Positions 49,395 through 58,446 of a DNA stretch of 64,000 bases are shown here, piece after piece. Under the pieces are notes generated by a model. The model was not told where the DNA came from. It saw nothing but the letters and a program-made list of their open reading frames with translations, and searched no databases. The stretch is from Alphaproteobacteria bacterium (lineage in GTDB: Bacteria; Pseudomonadota; Alphaproteobacteria; UBA828), in contig CAXXMU010000005.1 in the NCBI GenBank assembly GCA_963667785.2, positions 403,786 to 467,785 on the forward strand. Reading direction: 5' to 3'. The position numbers and the translations under genes were made by a program. Numbering within the stretch: the stretch's first letter is position 1; each line of letters begins with the position of its first letter.

Positions 49395-50648
49395 TCAACG
49401 GCCGACGGAGCCGACGAGAATGGCGCGGAAGTCGTTCACGTTGGTGAGCGTCGGCCCGGTCATCACCAGATCGCCGAGCGCGGCGAAGAAGCCGTAGGCA
49501 TCGTTGGCGGCGAGCCGGGCGCCGGCATCCTCGCCGAGCGCGCGGGCGCGGGCGAGCGTCTCCGGCGTCACCAGGGCGCCGGCATTGTCCTCGGTGCCGT
49601 CGATCCCGTCGGTGTCGCAGGCCGCCGCAAAGATGCCGGGGGCGCCCTCCAGCGCCAGCGCCAGCGCCAGCGCGTATTCCGCATTGGGGCCGCCGCGCCC
49701 CGCTCCGCTCACGGTCACCGTGGCCTCGCCGCCGGAGAGCAGCAGGGTGCCGGGCGCGGCCCCGCGGGCGAGCGCGGCATGGGCGCGGGCGAGATCGCGC
49801 GCCTCGCCCTCCAGCGCGTCGCCGAGCACCACGGGCGCATAACCGGCGTCCCGCGCCACGGCGGCGGCGGCGGCCAGCGCCATCGCGGGCGTGGCGACGA
49901 TCCGCGTCTCGGCGCCGGCGAGCCGGGGATCTCCCTCCTTCGGCGTCTCGTCCGCGGCGTGCTCCAGGTGACGGATGACGCCGGCGGGCTCGGCGATCCC
50001 GTACCTGCCCAGCACGGCACGCGCGTCGGCGAAGGTCGTCGGGTCGGGCACGGTCGGGCCAGAGCCGATCACCGCCGGATCGTCCCCCGGCACGTCCGAG
50101 ATCAAGAGGCTCGCGAGCCGCGCCGGATGACACGCCACGCCGAGCCTGCCGCCCTTGATGGCCGAGAGGTGCTTCCTGACGCTGTTGATCTCGCCGATGG
50201 TGGCGCCCGAGCGCAGCAGCGCGCCGGTCACCGCCTGCTTGTCGGCGAGCGCGATCCCCGGCGCCGGCAGGGCGAGCAGCGCCGAGCCGCCGCCGGAGAC
50301 GAGGCAGAGCGCGAGATCGTCCGCACCCAGGCCCTCGGCGAGCGCGAGGATGCGCGCCGCGGCCTCGCGGCCGCCGGCATCCGGCACCGGATGGGCCGCC
50401 TCGACCACCTCGATCGCGCGCGTCGGCACGCGGTGACCGTAGCGGGTGACGACGACGCCCTCGAGCGGGCCGTCCCAGTGGTCTTCCACGGCCCGCGCCA
50501 TGGTCGCCGCGGCCTTGCCCGCGCCGATGACCACGGTGCGGCCGGCGGGCGGCGCGGGCAGGTGCGGCGGCAGGCAGTGGGCAGGCTTGGCGCTGGCGAT
50601 CGCCGCCTCCAGCAGGCGGCGCAGGAGGGCCGTCGGCTCGTCGCTCAT
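49395..50648 (-). CDS. ttuD: Glycerate 2-kinase (TtuD/MOFRL family)
   Basis: IGAGKAA, SGGGSAL, SDVPGDD..IGSGPT, DTDGIDG and TGPTLTNVNDF. ATG at 50648. Confidence 0.9.
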   Translation of the reverse strand: MSDEPTALLRRLLEAAIASAKPAHCLPPHLPAPPAGRTVVIGAGKAAATMARAVEDHWDGPLEGVVVTRYGHRVPTRAIEVVEAAHPVPDAGGREAAARILALAEGLGADDLALCLVSGGGSALLALPAPGIALADKQAVTGALLRSGATIGEINSVRKHLSAIKGGRLGVACHPARLASLLISDVPGDDPAVIGSGPTVPDPTTFADARAVLGRYGIAEPAGVIRHLEHAADETPKEGDPRLAGAETRIVATPAMALAAAAAVARDAGYAPVVLGDALEGEARDLARAHAALARGAAPGTLLLSGGEATVTVSGAGRGGPNAEYALALALALEGAPGIFAAACDTDGIDGTEDNAGALVTPETLARARALGEDAGARLAANDAYGFFAALGDLVMTGPTLTNVNDFRAILVGSVGR

Positions 50649-50793
50649 CGCCCCACCTTGCCAGAGCCGCCCGCCAGCGTCATCCGCCGCCGGCACCGGG
50701 CAGCAGACGCGCGGGCGTCGGCCGGCGCAACCGGCTACCATGCCGGCGCCGGTCCCGGAGCGTGCGCGGATCGGGTGACACGGGAGCCCGCCC

Positions 50794-51690
50794 ATGACCC
50801 CTGCCCGCCGCCGCCTCCTTTTCGGAGCCGGCCTCGCGGCCGTCTCGGGCCTCTGCTTCAGCACGGGCGGCTTCTTCGTCCGCTCGGTCTCGGTCGATCC
50901 CTGGGAGATCATCACGGTCCGCTGCTTCTTCGCAGGCCTCGGCGTGCTGCTGATCCTCTTCGTGAGCGAGCGCGGGCGGGTGTGGCCGCTGCTCCGCGCC
51001 TCGGGCTGGCCGGTGCTCGCGGTGGGAGTCGCCACTGGCTGGGGGATCATCGCCTACGTGCTGGCGATGCAGTACACGCTCGTCGCCAACGTGATCGCGA
51101 TCATGACGATCTCCACCGTGATGGTCGCCCTGCTGGCGAAGCCGGTGCTCGGCGAGCCGGTGGCGCTCAGGACCTGGCTTGCGCTGGCGGGCAGCCTCTG
51201 CGGCGTCGGCGTCATGTTCTGGAGCGACGTGGGCAGCGGCGGCATCATCGGCAACCTGCTCGCGCTCTCCATCGCGGCCGCCATCGCGTTCCAGACCCTG
51301 ATCGCGCGGCGCTTCCGCACCGGGCGGATGGAGCCGGCGGTGCTGATGGCGGCGGTGATCGCGGGCCTCGCATCGCTGCCGCTCGCGCTGCCGTTCGAGG
51401 CGACGCCGCCGGAACTGGGGTACATGGCGGCGCTCGGCCTGGTGCAGCTCGCCGCGGCGCTCACCCTCTATTTCTACGCTGCCCGCTACCTGCCGGCACC
51501 GATCCTGATCTTCGTCGTGCTGATCGACGCGGTCTTCGCGCCGATCTGGGTCTGGCTCGGTTTCGGCGAGGTGCCGGGCACGCTGGTCTTCATCGGCGCC
51601 GTGGTGATCCTCGCCTCGGTGGCCGGCAACGCGCTCTTCGGCCTGTTCGCCTGGCGCCGGCCGCCGGCGGTGAGCGACACGGAGAGCTAG
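50794..51690 (+). CDS. DMT/EamA-family transporter
   Basis: Ten hydrophobic segments; VLGEPV and PIWVWLGFGEVP motifs. Confidence 0.85.
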   Translation: MTPARRRLLFGAGLAAVSGLCFSTGGFFVRSVSVDPWEIITVRCFFAGLGVLLILFVSERGRVWPLLRASGWPVLAVGVATGWGIIAYVLAMQYTLVANVIAIMTISTVMVALLAKPVLGEPVALRTWLALAGSLCGVGVMFWSDVGSGGIIGNLLALSIAAAIAFQTLIARRFRTGRMEPAVLMAAVIAGLASLPLALPFEATPPELGYMAALGLVQLAAALTLYFYAARYLPAPILIFVVLIDAVFAPIWVWLGFGEVPGTLVFIGAVVILASVAGNALFGLFAWRRPPAVSDTES

Positions 51691-51910
51691 TGTCCTGCTC
51701 CGGAAGTTTCCGCCCATCTGCTGGGCGCCCTTTCCACGTCATGGCCGGATTCATTCCGGCCATCCACGTGTTTGCCCGGCGACGGGTGGGCTTCGCTGAG
51801 AGAGATGCCCGGAACGAGTCCGGGCATGACGGCATGGGGGAGAGGCGCGGTCGGCAAGATCACGCGCCAGCTCGACCACACACGCATGAACTTCGGAAAC
51901 AGGACACTAG
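51687..51910. mobile_element. 224-bp MITE-like element with CTAG-ended terminal inverted repeats
   Basis: The left end CTAGTGTCCTGCTCCGGAAGTT matches the reverse-complemented right end CTAGTGTCCTGTTTCCGAAGTT at 19/22. No credible ORF lies inside. Confidence 0.8.
51737..51831. repeat. Alphaproteobacterial palindromic repeat (GTCATGGCCGG...CCGGGCATGAC type)
   Basis: Two hairpins, ATGGCCGGA/TCCGGCCAT and ATGCCCGGA/TCCGGGCAT, enclosed by CGTCATG/CATGACG. Confidence 0.75.
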
Positions 51911-52671
51911 CGCCGGTGCATCACGCCGGCGGCGAGAAAGCCGCCGTCGACCGCGAGCACGTGCCCGGTGACATAGCGGGCCTCCTCGCTCGCGAGGAAG
52001 AGGGCCGCGGCCGCGGTCTCCTCCGGCGTGCCGTAGCGGTCGAGCGGAATGCCGGCGCGGTAGACCGTGCGCGTCTCGGCCGAATGCATCCTCGCCACCA
52101 GCTCCGTCTCGATGGCGCCGGGCGCCAACGCGTTCACGGTGATGCCGTAGGGCGCGAGCTCCACCGCCATCACCTTGGTGAGCGCGATGACGCCGCCCTT
52201 GGCGGTGCCGTAGGCGGCCCGTCCAGTGCCGCCGCGTACGCCGGCGGTGGACGCGAGATTGACGATGCGGCCGTAGCCGCGCTCCTTCATGTGGCGCGCC
52301 GCCGCCTGGCCGCAGAAGAAGGTGCCGGAGAGGTCGATATCGAGGATGCGACGCCATTCCTCCGGCGTCGTCTCGAGGAAGCCGCGCTCGACGCCGACGC
52401 CGGCGCTGTGCACCAGGATGTCGACCGCGCCGAAGGCCGCCACGGCGCGGGCGACCATCGCGTCTGCCTGCTCCGGCCGGCTCACGTCGCAGGCGATGGC
52501 CTCGGCCTTCGCGCCGCCGTCCGTCAGCGCCGCCGCGACCTCCTCGGCGCCCTCCAGGTTGATGTCGGCGACGGCGACGGCAGCGCCCTGCCTGGCGAGC
52601 TGGCCCGCGATCTCGCGGCCGATGCCGCTGGCGCCGCCGGTGACCAGCGCGGCCCGATTGACATAGGTCAT
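51907..52671 (-). CDS. SDR family oxidoreductase (FabG-like)
   Basis: TGGASGIG, YGTAK and VDGG motifs. ATG at 52671. Confidence 0.9.
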   Translation of the reverse strand: MTYVNRAALVTGGASGIGREIAGQLARQGAAVAVADINLEGAEEVAAALTDGGAKAEAIACDVSRPEQADAMVARAVAAFGAVDILVHSAGVGVERGFLETTPEEWRRILDIDLSGTFFCGQAAARHMKERGYGRIVNLASTAGVRGGTGRAAYGTAKGGVIALTKVMAVELAPYGITVNALAPGAIETELVARMHSAETRTVYRAGIPLDRYGTPEETAAAALFLASEEARYVTGHVLAVDGGFLAAGVMHRR

Positions 52672-52844
52672 CGCCCGCTCCCGAGGCGCTTGCCGCGCCT
52701 TCGCGTGTGTTCTAGCGTGGCGTCTTGGCGTGCGCCAGGGCGTGGGAACGGGCGCCGTCGCCCGGACCGGGACCGCCGGCACCGGGGCAAGAAACCGACC
52801 GCGCGCCGACGCGTGGCGCGACGACCCGATGGGAGGGAGAGCAG

Positions 52845-53903
52845 ATGAAACTTCGCAAGACGATCATGGCGGGCCTTGCCGCCGGCGTGCTGAGCGCATC
52901 GCTGCTGACGGCGGGCATCGCCCAGGCCGAGGACGAGCGCGTGCGCTGGAACATGGCGAGCTGGTTCCCCAGCAACCTCACCCAGCTCGGCACCCTCGGC
53001 AAGAGCATGGTGGACCGGCTGGACCGCATCTCAGGCGGCAACATCCAGCTCAAGTTCTTCGAGCCCAACGCGCTGATCCCGGCGAAGGAGTGCTTCGACG
53101 CCGTTTCCGCCGGCTCGGTCGATGCCTGCTGGTCCACGCCCGGCTACTGGTACGGCAAGGAGCCTGCGCTCGCCATGTTCGCGGCAGTGCCGTTCGGCCC
53201 GAGGGCGGGCGAGTATCTGGGCTGGATCTACTACGGCGGCGGCTACGACCTGTGGGATGCGATCTACGAGCCGCACGGCCTGAAGTCGCTGCCCTGCGGC
53301 ATCATCGCGCCCGAGGCCTCCGGCTGGTTCCGCAGCGAGATCACGTCCATCGACGATCTCGCCGGCCTGAAGATGCGCTTCTTCGGCCTCGGCGCCAAGG
53401 TGATGGAGAAGATCGGCGTCTCCACCCAGCTCATCGCCGGCGGTGACATCTTCCCGGCGCTCGAGCGCGGCTCGATCGACGCCACCGAGTACTCGATGCC
53501 GGCGATCGACCTGAACCTCGGCTTCTACCAGGTCGCCAAGCACTACTACTTCCCCGGCTGGCACCAGCAGGCCACGATCTTCGAGCTGCTCATGAACCGG
53601 GCCGCCTGGGATGCGCTGAGCGACACCCAGCGGGCGCAGATCGAGGTCTCCTGCGGCGATGCCTTCCGCGAGGGGCTGGCCGAGGGCGAGGCGATCCAGG
53701 GCAAGGCGCTGGCCGAGCTCCAGGAAAAGGGCGTCACGATCCACCGCTGGCCTCAGGAGATCCTGGACACGCTGGAGGAGAAGTGGAACGAGGTCGCGGC
53801 CGAGGACGCGGCGCGTGACGCGAACTTCGCCAAGGTGTGGGAGTCCTACCAGGCGTACCGCGCCGAGTACGCGGTCTGGAAGGACCTCGGTTACCTGAAC
53901 TAA
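52845..53903 (+). CDS. dctP: TRAP transporter substrate-binding protein (DctP, TakP-like)
   Basis: Signal peptide, GWFRSEI, GLKMRFFGLG and HYYFPGWHQ. ATG at 52845 follows GGAGGGAG. Confidence 0.92.
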   Translation: MKLRKTIMAGLAAGVLSASLLTAGIAQAEDERVRWNMASWFPSNLTQLGTLGKSMVDRLDRISGGNIQLKFFEPNALIPAKECFDAVSAGSVDACWSTPGYWYGKEPALAMFAAVPFGPRAGEYLGWIYYGGGYDLWDAIYEPHGLKSLPCGIIAPEASGWFRSEITSIDDLAGLKMRFFGLGAKVMEKIGVSTQLIAGGDIFPALERGSIDATEYSMPAIDLNLGFYQVAKHYYFPGWHQQATIFELLMNRAAWDALSDTQRAQIEVSCGDAFREGLAEGEAIQGKALAELQEKGVTIHRWPQEILDTLEEKWNEVAAEDAARDANFAKVWESYQAYRAEYAVWKDLGYLN

Positions 53904-53915
53904 GGCCGAACAGGA

Positions 53916-53990
53916 GCCGCGCGCCACGGCGCGCGGCTTCTGCCTAGCGTAGGAGCGCCGGAGGCGGTGTAGACCGCGTTCCGGCGCTCC
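53916..53990. terminator. Two GC-rich stem-loops after dctP
   Basis: GCCGCGCGCC-ac-GGCGCGCGGC and GGAGCGCCGGA...TCCGGCGCTCC. Confidence 0.5.
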
Positions 53991-54025
53991 CCTATTGTCT
54001 GGGCAGGGCAGCGGTAGCGGACTGC

Positions 54026-54610
54026 ATGCGGTATCTCCTGAGAGTTGAGGGAGTCCTCAATTCCGTGACGACCTGGGTCGGGCGCATCGGCGCCTGGATC
54101 TCGGTCCCGCTGATGATCATCATCATCTTCGACGTCATCACCCGCCGCTTCCTGGTGCTGGGCTCGACCAAGCTGCAGGAGGGCGAGTGGCACCTGCACG
54201 CGATGCTGTTCCTGCTCTGCCTGGGTTTCGCCTACCTCAGGCACGCCCATGTGCGGATCAGCCTGGTGCACGAGCGCTTCAGCCCCAGGACGCAGCGCTG
54301 GATCGAGTTCGTCGGCTGCCTGGTCTTCGCCATCCCCTACTGCGCCATCGTCTTCTACTTCGCGATGGACTTCGTGGAGCGCTCCTGGAGCCTGAACGAG
54401 GCCTCGGACTCCGCCACCGGCCTGCCCTACCGCTGGGCAATCAAGGGCTTCCTGCCGGCCGGGATGCTCTTCCTGGGTGTGGCCTCGATTGCCGTGGTGC
54501 TGCGCAAGTTCATCGAGCTCTTCGGCTCGGACGAGCACCGTCGCGCCCTCGGCGACGACACCCCGCAGAGGCCCGAGCCCCCCAAGCCCACCATGGCGGG
54601 CCGGGACTAG
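54026..54610 (+). CDS. dctQ: TRAP transporter small permease (DctQ)
   Basis: LQEGEWHL, HVRI and GLPYRWAIK motifs; four TM segments. Confidence 0.9.
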   Translation: MRYLLRVEGVLNSVTTWVGRIGAWISVPLMIIIIFDVITRRFLVLGSTKLQEGEWHLHAMLFLLCLGFAYLRHAHVRISLVHERFSPRTQRWIEFVGCLVFAIPYCAIVFYFAMDFVERSWSLNEASDSATGLPYRWAIKGFLPAGMLFLGVASIAVVLRKFIELFGSDEHRRALGDDTPQRPEPPKPTMAGRD

Positions 54611-54616
54611 CAGGGC

Positions 54617-55978
54617 ATGTACATCGAGGACTATCTGCCGGCGTTCATGTTCGGCGCGCTGGCGATCCTGCTGTTCTCGGGCTTCCCGGTCGGTTTCGTG
54701 CTCGGCGGCGTGGCGCTGGCCTTCGGCTTCCTCGGCGCCGCGCTCGACGTCTTTCACGTCATCCAGTTCTTCAACCTGCCGCTCCGCATCTGGGGCATCG
54801 CCGACAACCTGGTGCTGGTGGCGATCCCCATGTTCATCTTCATGGGCACGATGCTGGAACGATCCGGCGTCGCCGCCGACCTGCTCTACTGCCTGCAGGT
54901 GCTGCTCCGGCGGACGCCGGGCGGGCTCGCGCTCGCGGTCACGGTGATGGGCACGATCCTCGCCGCCACCACCGGCATCATCGGCGCCTCGGTGGTGATG
55001 ATCAGCCTGATGGCGCTGCCGGTCATGCTGCAGCGCAAGTACAACATGGAGCTCGCCACCGGGACGATCGCGTCGTCCGGCACCCTCGGCATCCTGATTC
55101 CGCCCAGCATCATGCTGGTCATCATGGCGGACCTGCTGGGCCGCTCGGTCGGCACGCTCTTCGTCGCGGCGGTCTTCCCCGGCCTGATGCTGGCGGGTCT
55201 CTACTTCATCTACATTTTCACGCTGTGCCGGTTCAAACCGCACCTGGCGCCGCCGCTACCCAAGGAGATGGGGCCCAAGAGCACGCGCGAGCTGATCATC
55301 CTGATGCTGAGGGGCTTCATCCCGGCGGTCTTCCTCATCCTGCTGGTGCTGGGCTCGATCGTGCTCGGCTGGGCGACGCCCACCGAGGCGGCCGGCGTCG
55401 GCGCCTTCGGCGCGGTGCTGCTTGCGCTCGTCAACCGCAAGTTCTCCTGGCGGATGCTGCGCGACGTGGTGGAGCGCACGGCGCTCACCAACGGCATGCT
55501 CTTCTTCATCTTCGTCGGCGCGACGGCGTTCTCCTACGTCTTCCGCTCGCTCGGCGGCGACCAGCTTATCGAGGACCTAGTCTATTCGGTCGGCGTCGGA
55601 CCCTGGGGAATCCTCTTCATCCTGATGATCGTGACCTTCCTGCTGGGGTTCTTCTTCGACTGGATCGAGATCACGCTGATCGTGCTGCCGGTGTTCGCGC
55701 CGATCCTGGCGGGCCTCGACTTCGGCGACCACGTTCCCAAGCTCGAGGTGGTCTACTGGTTCTCGATCCTGATGGCGGTCAACCTGCAGACCTCGTTCCT
55801 GACGCCGCCCTTCGGCTTCGCCCTCTTCTACATGAAGGGCGTGGCGCCGCCCGAAGTGCGAATCCAGCAGATCTACCGCGGCATCATTCCCTTCGTGTTC
55901 CTGCAGCTCATCGGGCTCGGGCTGGTGATCGCCTTCCCCGAGATCGCCATGTGGCTGCCGCGAACGATGCTCGATTAG
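54617..55978 (+). CDS. dctM: TRAP transporter large permease (DctM)
   Basis: AIPMFIFMG, GTLGILIPPS and SFLTPPFGFALFY motifs. Confidence 0.93.
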   Translation: MYIEDYLPAFMFGALAILLFSGFPVGFVLGGVALAFGFLGAALDVFHVIQFFNLPLRIWGIADNLVLVAIPMFIFMGTMLERSGVAADLLYCLQVLLRRTPGGLALAVTVMGTILAATTGIIGASVVMISLMALPVMLQRKYNMELATGTIASSGTLGILIPPSIMLVIMADLLGRSVGTLFVAAVFPGLMLAGLYFIYIFTLCRFKPHLAPPLPKEMGPKSTRELIILMLRGFIPAVFLILLVLGSIVLGWATPTEAAGVGAFGAVLLALVNRKFSWRMLRDVVERTALTNGMLFFIFVGATAFSYVFRSLGGDQLIEDLVYSVGVGPWGILFILMIVTFLLGFFFDWIEITLIVLPVFAPILAGLDFGDHVPKLEVVYWFSILMAVNLQTSFLTPPFGFALFYMKGVAPPEVRIQQIYRGIIPFVFLQLIGLGLVIAFPEIAMWLPRTMLD

Positions 55979-56074
55979 AGCGAGTCTGCCCTGCCCGGCG
56001 GAGAGTTCCGGGTTCTCTGTCGCATTGGGAAAGAAGCGCGGGCGGAAGGCCGCTCGGGCGAGCGGCGGCGGCGC

Positions 56075-57469
56075 TCAGACGACGACCACCTTGCCCGGGT
56101 TCATCAGGTTGTGGGGATCGAGGGTGCGCTTGATGGTGCGCATCAGGTCGACGGCGCCGGCGCCGTGCTCGACCTCCAGGTAGTCGAGCTTGCCGCAGCC
56201 GATGCCGTGCTCGCCGGTGCAGGTGCCGCCCATGGCGAGCGCGCGGTCGATCATGCGCCCGTTGAGGCGCTTGGCCTCGGCCATCTCGGCCTCGTCGTCG
56301 GGATCGATGAGGAAGCAGACGTGGAAGTTGCCGTCGCCCACGTGGCCCACGATGGGGGCCAGCAGCGGCGAGGCGTCGAGCTCCTCCTTGGTCTCGATCA
56401 GGCACTCGGCGAGACGGGAGATCGGCACGCAGACGTCCGTCGCCCAGCCCTTCTTGCCGGGCTGCAGCGCGAGGCAGGCGTAATAGACGTCGTGCCGCGC
56501 CTGCCAGAGCGCGTTCCGCTCCTCCGCCTTCGTCGCCCAGCGGAAGTCGGAGCCGCCGAACTCCTGCACGATCTCGCGCACCTGCTCGACCTGCTCGGCG
56601 ACGCCCTGCTCGGTGCCGTGGAACTCGAAGAAGAGCGTGTCCCTGGGCGCGTAGTCGAGCTTCGAGAACTTGTTGCAGGCGTCCATCTGGATGTCGTCGA
56701 GCAGCTCCACCCGGGCGATGGGGATGCCCGACTGGATGGTCAGGATCACCGTGTTGACCGCGGCCTCGAGCGAGGGGAAGGCGCACACCGCCGCCGACAC
56801 CGCCTCGGGGATGCCGTAGAGCTTCAGCGTGATCTCCGTCATGATCCCGAGGGTGCCCTCGGAGCCGACGAAGAGCCGGGTCAGGTCGTAGCCCGCCGCC
56901 GACTTGCGCGCGCGCCCGCCGGTCGTGATGACCTGCCCGTCGGGCAGCACCACCGTGAGCCCCAGCACGTTCTCCTTGAGAGTGCCGTAGCGCACGGCGT
57001 TGGTGCCTGAGGCCCGCGTCGCGGTCATGCCGCCGAGCGTCGCGTCCGCGCCCGGGTCGATGGGGAAGAAGAGGCCCGTGTCGCGCAGGTGGGTGTTGAG
57101 CTGCTTGCGCGTGACGCCCGCCTGGACGGTGACGTCGAGGTCCTCCTGGCTCACCCGGAGCACGTTGTTCATGCGCCCCATGTCGAGGGTGACGCCGCCC
57201 TCCAGCGCGCAGACGTTGCCCTCCACCGAGGTGCCGACGCCATAGGGGACCATGGGCACGCCGTGGGCGGCGCAGATGCGGACGATCTCGGCGACCTCCT
57301 CCGTCGTCTCGGGGAAGGCCACGGCGTCCGGCGGGCGCGGCGCGTGGTAGGTCTCGCCGGTCGCGTGATGCTCGCACACCGCCTGCGATGTGGAGAGCCG
57401 GTCGCCGAGGAGCGCGCCGAGCGCGTCGGTCGCGCTTCCTGTGTCGGTATTTCTGAGCAGGGTTGCCAT
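56075..57469 (-). CDS. FAD-linked oxidase, D-lactate dehydrogenase/GlcD family
   Basis: PIDPGADATLGG, SAAGYDL, GSEGTLG, HVGDGNFH and GEHGIG motifs. Confidence 0.92.
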   Translation of the reverse strand: MATLLRNTDTGSATDALGALLGDRLSTSQAVCEHHATGETYHAPRPPDAVAFPETTEEVAEIVRICAAHGVPMVPYGVGTSVEGNVCALEGGVTLDMGRMNNVLRVSQEDLDVTVQAGVTRKQLNTHLRDTGLFFPIDPGADATLGGMTATRASGTNAVRYGTLKENVLGLTVVLPDGQVITTGGRARKSAAGYDLTRLFVGSEGTLGIMTEITLKLYGIPEAVSAAVCAFPSLEAAVNTVILTIQSGIPIARVELLDDIQMDACNKFSKLDYAPRDTLFFEFHGTEQGVAEQVEQVREIVQEFGGSDFRWATKAEERNALWQARHDVYYACLALQPGKKGWATDVCVPISRLAECLIETKEELDASPLLAPIVGHVGDGNFHVCFLIDPDDEAEMAEAKRLNGRMIDRALAMGGTCTGEHGIGCGKLDYLEVEHGAGAVDLMRTIKRTLDPHNLMNPGKVVVV

Positions 57470-57550
57470 GGGCGGCACTATAGCGCGCCGCTCCCCGGTG
57501 GCGCCAGCGGGCGCCGGCCGCAGGCCGGCTGCCGTGAGCGAAAAAGGGCG

Positions 57551-58324
57551 CTAGCGCCGGTAGGAGGGGTCCTCCCGGTCCAGGCGGCGAAGCAGGGCCT
57601 CGAAGCCGATCCGCGCCCACTCCACGTTGCCGGTCCCCTGGGCCGTCGCCGCGGTCCGCTCGATCACGGATTTCGCCGGCAGCACCGGCGCGCCGCCCGC
57701 CTGGGCCGCGATCTGGATCTCGCAGGTGCGCTCCAGATAATGCATGAGCGTGAAGGCCTCGGCGATGGAGCGGCCCCAGGTCAGCGTGCCGTGGTTGCGC
57801 AGGAACATCATGCGCTTGCCGCCGAGATCGCGGACCAGGGTCTTCTGCTCGGCCGGCCTGAGTCCGGGGCCGTCATAGTCGTGGTAGGCGATCTGTCCGG
57901 CATGGGTGATCGCGAACTGGTTGATCGGCAGCAGCCCGCCCTTCTGCGCCGAGACGGCGACGCCCGGCACGGTGTGGAGGTGCATCACGCTCTCCGCCTC
58001 CGGCACCGCCTCGAAGACGGTCCGGTGCACCACCCAGCCCGCCGGGTTGACCTCGCCCGGCACCCGGCCCCGGTTGCGGCCCTCGATGTCGACGGTCATC
58101 AGGCCGGATGCCGTGACGTCGTCGAAGAGCTGGCCGAAGCCGATGAAGAGGTAGCGGTCGCGCCTGTCGGGAATGCGCACCGAGAGGTGCGTGTAGATCA
58201 GGTCGTCCATGCCGCGCCGGTAGAACATGCGGTAGCAGGCGGCGAGCTCGCGCCGGGCCCGGCTCTCCGCGCGCGAGCGGCGCGGCTTGCGCGTCGTCCC
58301 GTCGCCGCCGCCGTTCCGCGCCAT
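57551..58324 (-). CDS. Class II aldolase/adducin-family protein
   Basis: DDLIYTHLS, NPAG, HLHT and LRNHG motifs. ATG at 58324. Confidence 0.9.
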   Translation of the reverse strand: MARNGGGDGTTRKPRRSRAESRARRELAACYRMFYRRGMDDLIYTHLSVRIPDRRDRYLFIGFGQLFDDVTASGLMTVDIEGRNRGRVPGEVNPAGWVVHRTVFEAVPEAESVMHLHTVPGVAVSAQKGGLLPINQFAITHAGQIAYHDYDGPGLRPAEQKTLVRDLGGKRMMFLRNHGTLTWGRSIAEAFTLMHYLERTCEIQIAAQAGGAPVLPAKSVIERTAATAQGTGNVEWARIGFEALLRRLDREDPSYRR

Positions 58325-58446
58325 CCGGTCTCTCCCCCCGCAGCACACAAAGACTAGCACGGCGGCGCGCGGCGCGGAGGCGTTGCCGAGACTCGGCGAC
58401 TGCCGGTATTAGGAAAGCCAATGCCAGCAGGACATGGTGCGATTCG

